DNA of 64,000 nucleotides from a virus: positions 11,063 through 75,062 of the IMG/VR virus record IMGVR_UViG_3300028920_001037; one strand, given 5' to 3'. The notes beneath the pieces were generated by a model. The model made no database searches. It was not told where the DNA came from and saw only the letters and a list, made by a program, of their open reading frames with translations. This document shows, piece by piece, positions 62,629 through 64,000 of the stretch (within the stretch, counting starts at the first letter, position 1; every line of letters starts with the position of its first letter). Both the position numbers and the translations under genes were made by a program.

Positions 62629-63877
62629 ATCTTCCCATTCCTAAAATTGAGTTTAAAGGGGAAAATTTGCCGGTAAGTTTATAAAGTTGTCCATTATACA
62701 TAAAAACTATACCTTCACTAGGTACAATATCTTCAATACCACCAATATCATTAAGTCTTTGTAATTCATATGCTAACTTCTTTTTTGCTTCCATATCAGA
62801 AGCTGACTCAATTTCCTTTATTTTGTCATTTAATCGCTGTAAAATCTTCTGTGCCGACTCATCTGTATTCGCACTAAGGAAGTTCTGTATGTTCTTTAAA
62901 ATGACAACTCCTAGCTTCAAAAACAATATTTCTAACGGCCTTATGACCTGCTTATACATAGCCTTAAGTTCAGCACTTTCAAAGTTTTTATACCAGTTAA
63001 AAAATTCTTCGTTGTCTACCTGTTTCTTTATCTGCGACATCTTCAATGACTTATCATCTAATGCTAACCTGTTTGATAACTTTTCTAACATATCTTTTGG
63101 AATATCATAGTCGAATTCTTTAGTCTTATCTCTAACCATCTTCCTAAATTTACGTTTCTTATAGTCAGCAATTGTATCATTATCATCCATTTTACCTTTA
63201 ATCTTGTCAACCATAGCTGCAAAATCTGCTATTTGTTGATTGACTTTAGGTATTTTGAACCTAACATTCTCAGGAACTTTAATCTGAAAACGCTTCTGCA
63301 CATCATTGTTAGTGTCTTTAATGACTTGTGCTAACTGTTTTGCAGGCTCTCTATCTCGACCAACCGGATTGCCTGACTCATCATATTCAACAACTTCATG
63401 TGGTATCAACATACTTAGTCCATACGGAATAACATTTTCAGTTGCTGGATACATTACCTCAAATGATATGAACTTCTTACCATTTTGAAATGTTTCATTT
63501 AAGGTTTCAGGTGGAAGTTTGGATAGTGCATTCTGTAAATCAGCCATAGCAAATTCAAATGCTTCTTGAATCTTGCCACGACCTTTAAACATATTTGCTA
63601 TGCCTTTAATATCTAAGGCGTTTTGACCTGCATTTTTGATGTGACTTTTGTTTCTTGCTCCGATTAGTTTACCATCTTTCCAAGAAACCATTATGTTTTG
63701 ACCATCGGTCTTTTCTTCTTGGACTTTCATTTTACCACGAAGAACATCATTTATCATCTTCTTTATGTTAGCAAATGACAATTCGTTATCCTCAAAAGGG
63801 TGAATTAAGTGTCCATAAGCGCCCCCTTCAGTCAACAATTGTTCTTTATGAAAGTAATGTTCTGTAAATCTAATCAT
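62618..63877 (-). CDS. Ligase-superfamily nucleotidyltransferase (RNA-ligase-like), putatively capsid-targeted
   Basis: EKTDGQN (motif I), SFE (III), SEGIVF (IV), YKLTG (V); N-terminus MIRFTEHY...LLTE. Confidence 0.6.
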   Translation of the reverse strand: MIRFTEHYFHKEQLLTEGGAYGHLIHPFEDNELSFANIKKMINDVLRGKMKVQEEKTDGQNIMVSWKDGKLIGARNKSHIKNAGQNALDIKGIANMFKGRGKIQEAFEFAMADLQNALSKLPPETLNETFQNGKKFISFEVMYPATENVIPYGLSMLIPHEVVEYDESGNPVGRDREPAKQLAQVIKDTNNDVQKRFQIKVPENVRFKIPKVNQQIADFAAMVDKIKGKMDDNDTIADYKKRKFRKMVRDKTKEFDYDIPKDMLEKLSNRLALDDKSLKMSQIKKQVDNEEFFNWYKNFESAELKAMYKQVIRPLEILFLKLGVVILKNIQNFLSANTDESAQKILQRLNDKIKEIESASDMEAKKKLAYELQRLNDIGGIEDIVPSEGIVFMYNGQLYKLTGKFSPLNSILGMGRYGR

Positions 63878-63893
63878 AGTTTTTCCTCATTTA

Positions 63894-63901
63894 TATTTAT
63901 G
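63894..63901 (-). promoter_or_regulatory. T4-type late promoter (variant)
   Basis: CATAAATA just downstream of a terminator and upstream of 63877. Confidence 0.5.
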
Positions 63902-63914
63902 ATTTTAAACATTT

Positions 63915-63946
63915 AAAATAAAAAAGGGGCTTTTAAAAAAGCCCCT
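63915..63946 (-). terminator. Intrinsic terminator
   Basis: AGGGGCTTT/AAAGCCCCT stem followed by TTTTTATTTT on the minus strand. Confidence 0.8.
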
Positions 63947-64000
63947 CAGAAAACACATCTTGTCAACTTGGTTCAACATTTCAATTTATTTTTTATCTTT

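Noticed and set aside
61738-62640. Fourth copy of the kissing-loop leader before the second GIY-YIG gene, or before the HNH at 44188
   Set aside because: The GIY-YIG start overlaps the upstream gene with no intergenic space, and no GAC/UUA junction or RBS hairpin is visible at either site, so the leader is not universal to nucleases here.
684-63488. Numerous 60-150 aa plus-strand ORFs in the track (e.g. 4960-5406, 12491-12949, 28556-28900, 42033-42497)
   Set aside because: Antisense shadows of well-supported minus-strand genes, hydrophobic or low-complexity, with no motifs; only 2683-3588 and 44188-44475 are accepted on the plus strand.
1-64000. Stop-codon reassignment, as in some large phages
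   Set aside because: Conserved enzymes translate full length in the standard code, and TAA, TAG and TGA all end genes at natural boundaries.

Overview
AT-rich, gene-dense segment of a large (jumbo-type) tailed phage with T4-like transcription signals, almost entirely on the minus strand. It has seven near-identical sigma70-type promoters (TTGAC[AT]TTT-N12-AT-TATATT) and about ten T4 gp55-type late boxes (TATAAATA). Blocks: (1) 0.6-13 kb nucleotide/NAD metabolism, including a complete deamidating NAD salvage route (PncA, PncB, NadD, NadE) plus a Nudix hydrolase, GMP reductase/IMPDH, a purine PRTase and two nucleoside deoxyribosyltransferase-like genes; (2) an NAD-dependent DNA ligase split into two genes by a decayed homing endonuclease; (3) about 20 unrelated genes (16.5-22.9, 36.5-44.1 and 60.8-63.9 kb) sharing an N-terminal M-[RS]-F-x-[DEK]-[YFH]-[YL]-x(0-2)-E peptide resembling the T4 capsid-targeting sequence, including a CCA-adding enzyme, a PNK-like kinase, a HAD phosphatase, an RNA-ligase-like protein and two nuclease-like paralogs; (4) a 1694-aa LamG plus poly-Ser/Glu protein and a collagen-like protein next to about 22 kb of glycosyl-, sulfo-, acetyl- and aminotransferase and radical SAM genes; (5) an endolysin and a secreted nuclease. 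The most unexpected non-coding signal is a roughly 100-nt structured leader found three times, each between a late promoter and a homing-endonuclease start codon. It forms a three-way junction with invariant GAC/UUA linkers and a covarying 6-bp kissing loop onto a hairpin that holds the Shine-Dalgarno. All calls come from reading motifs by eye; no database searches were run.
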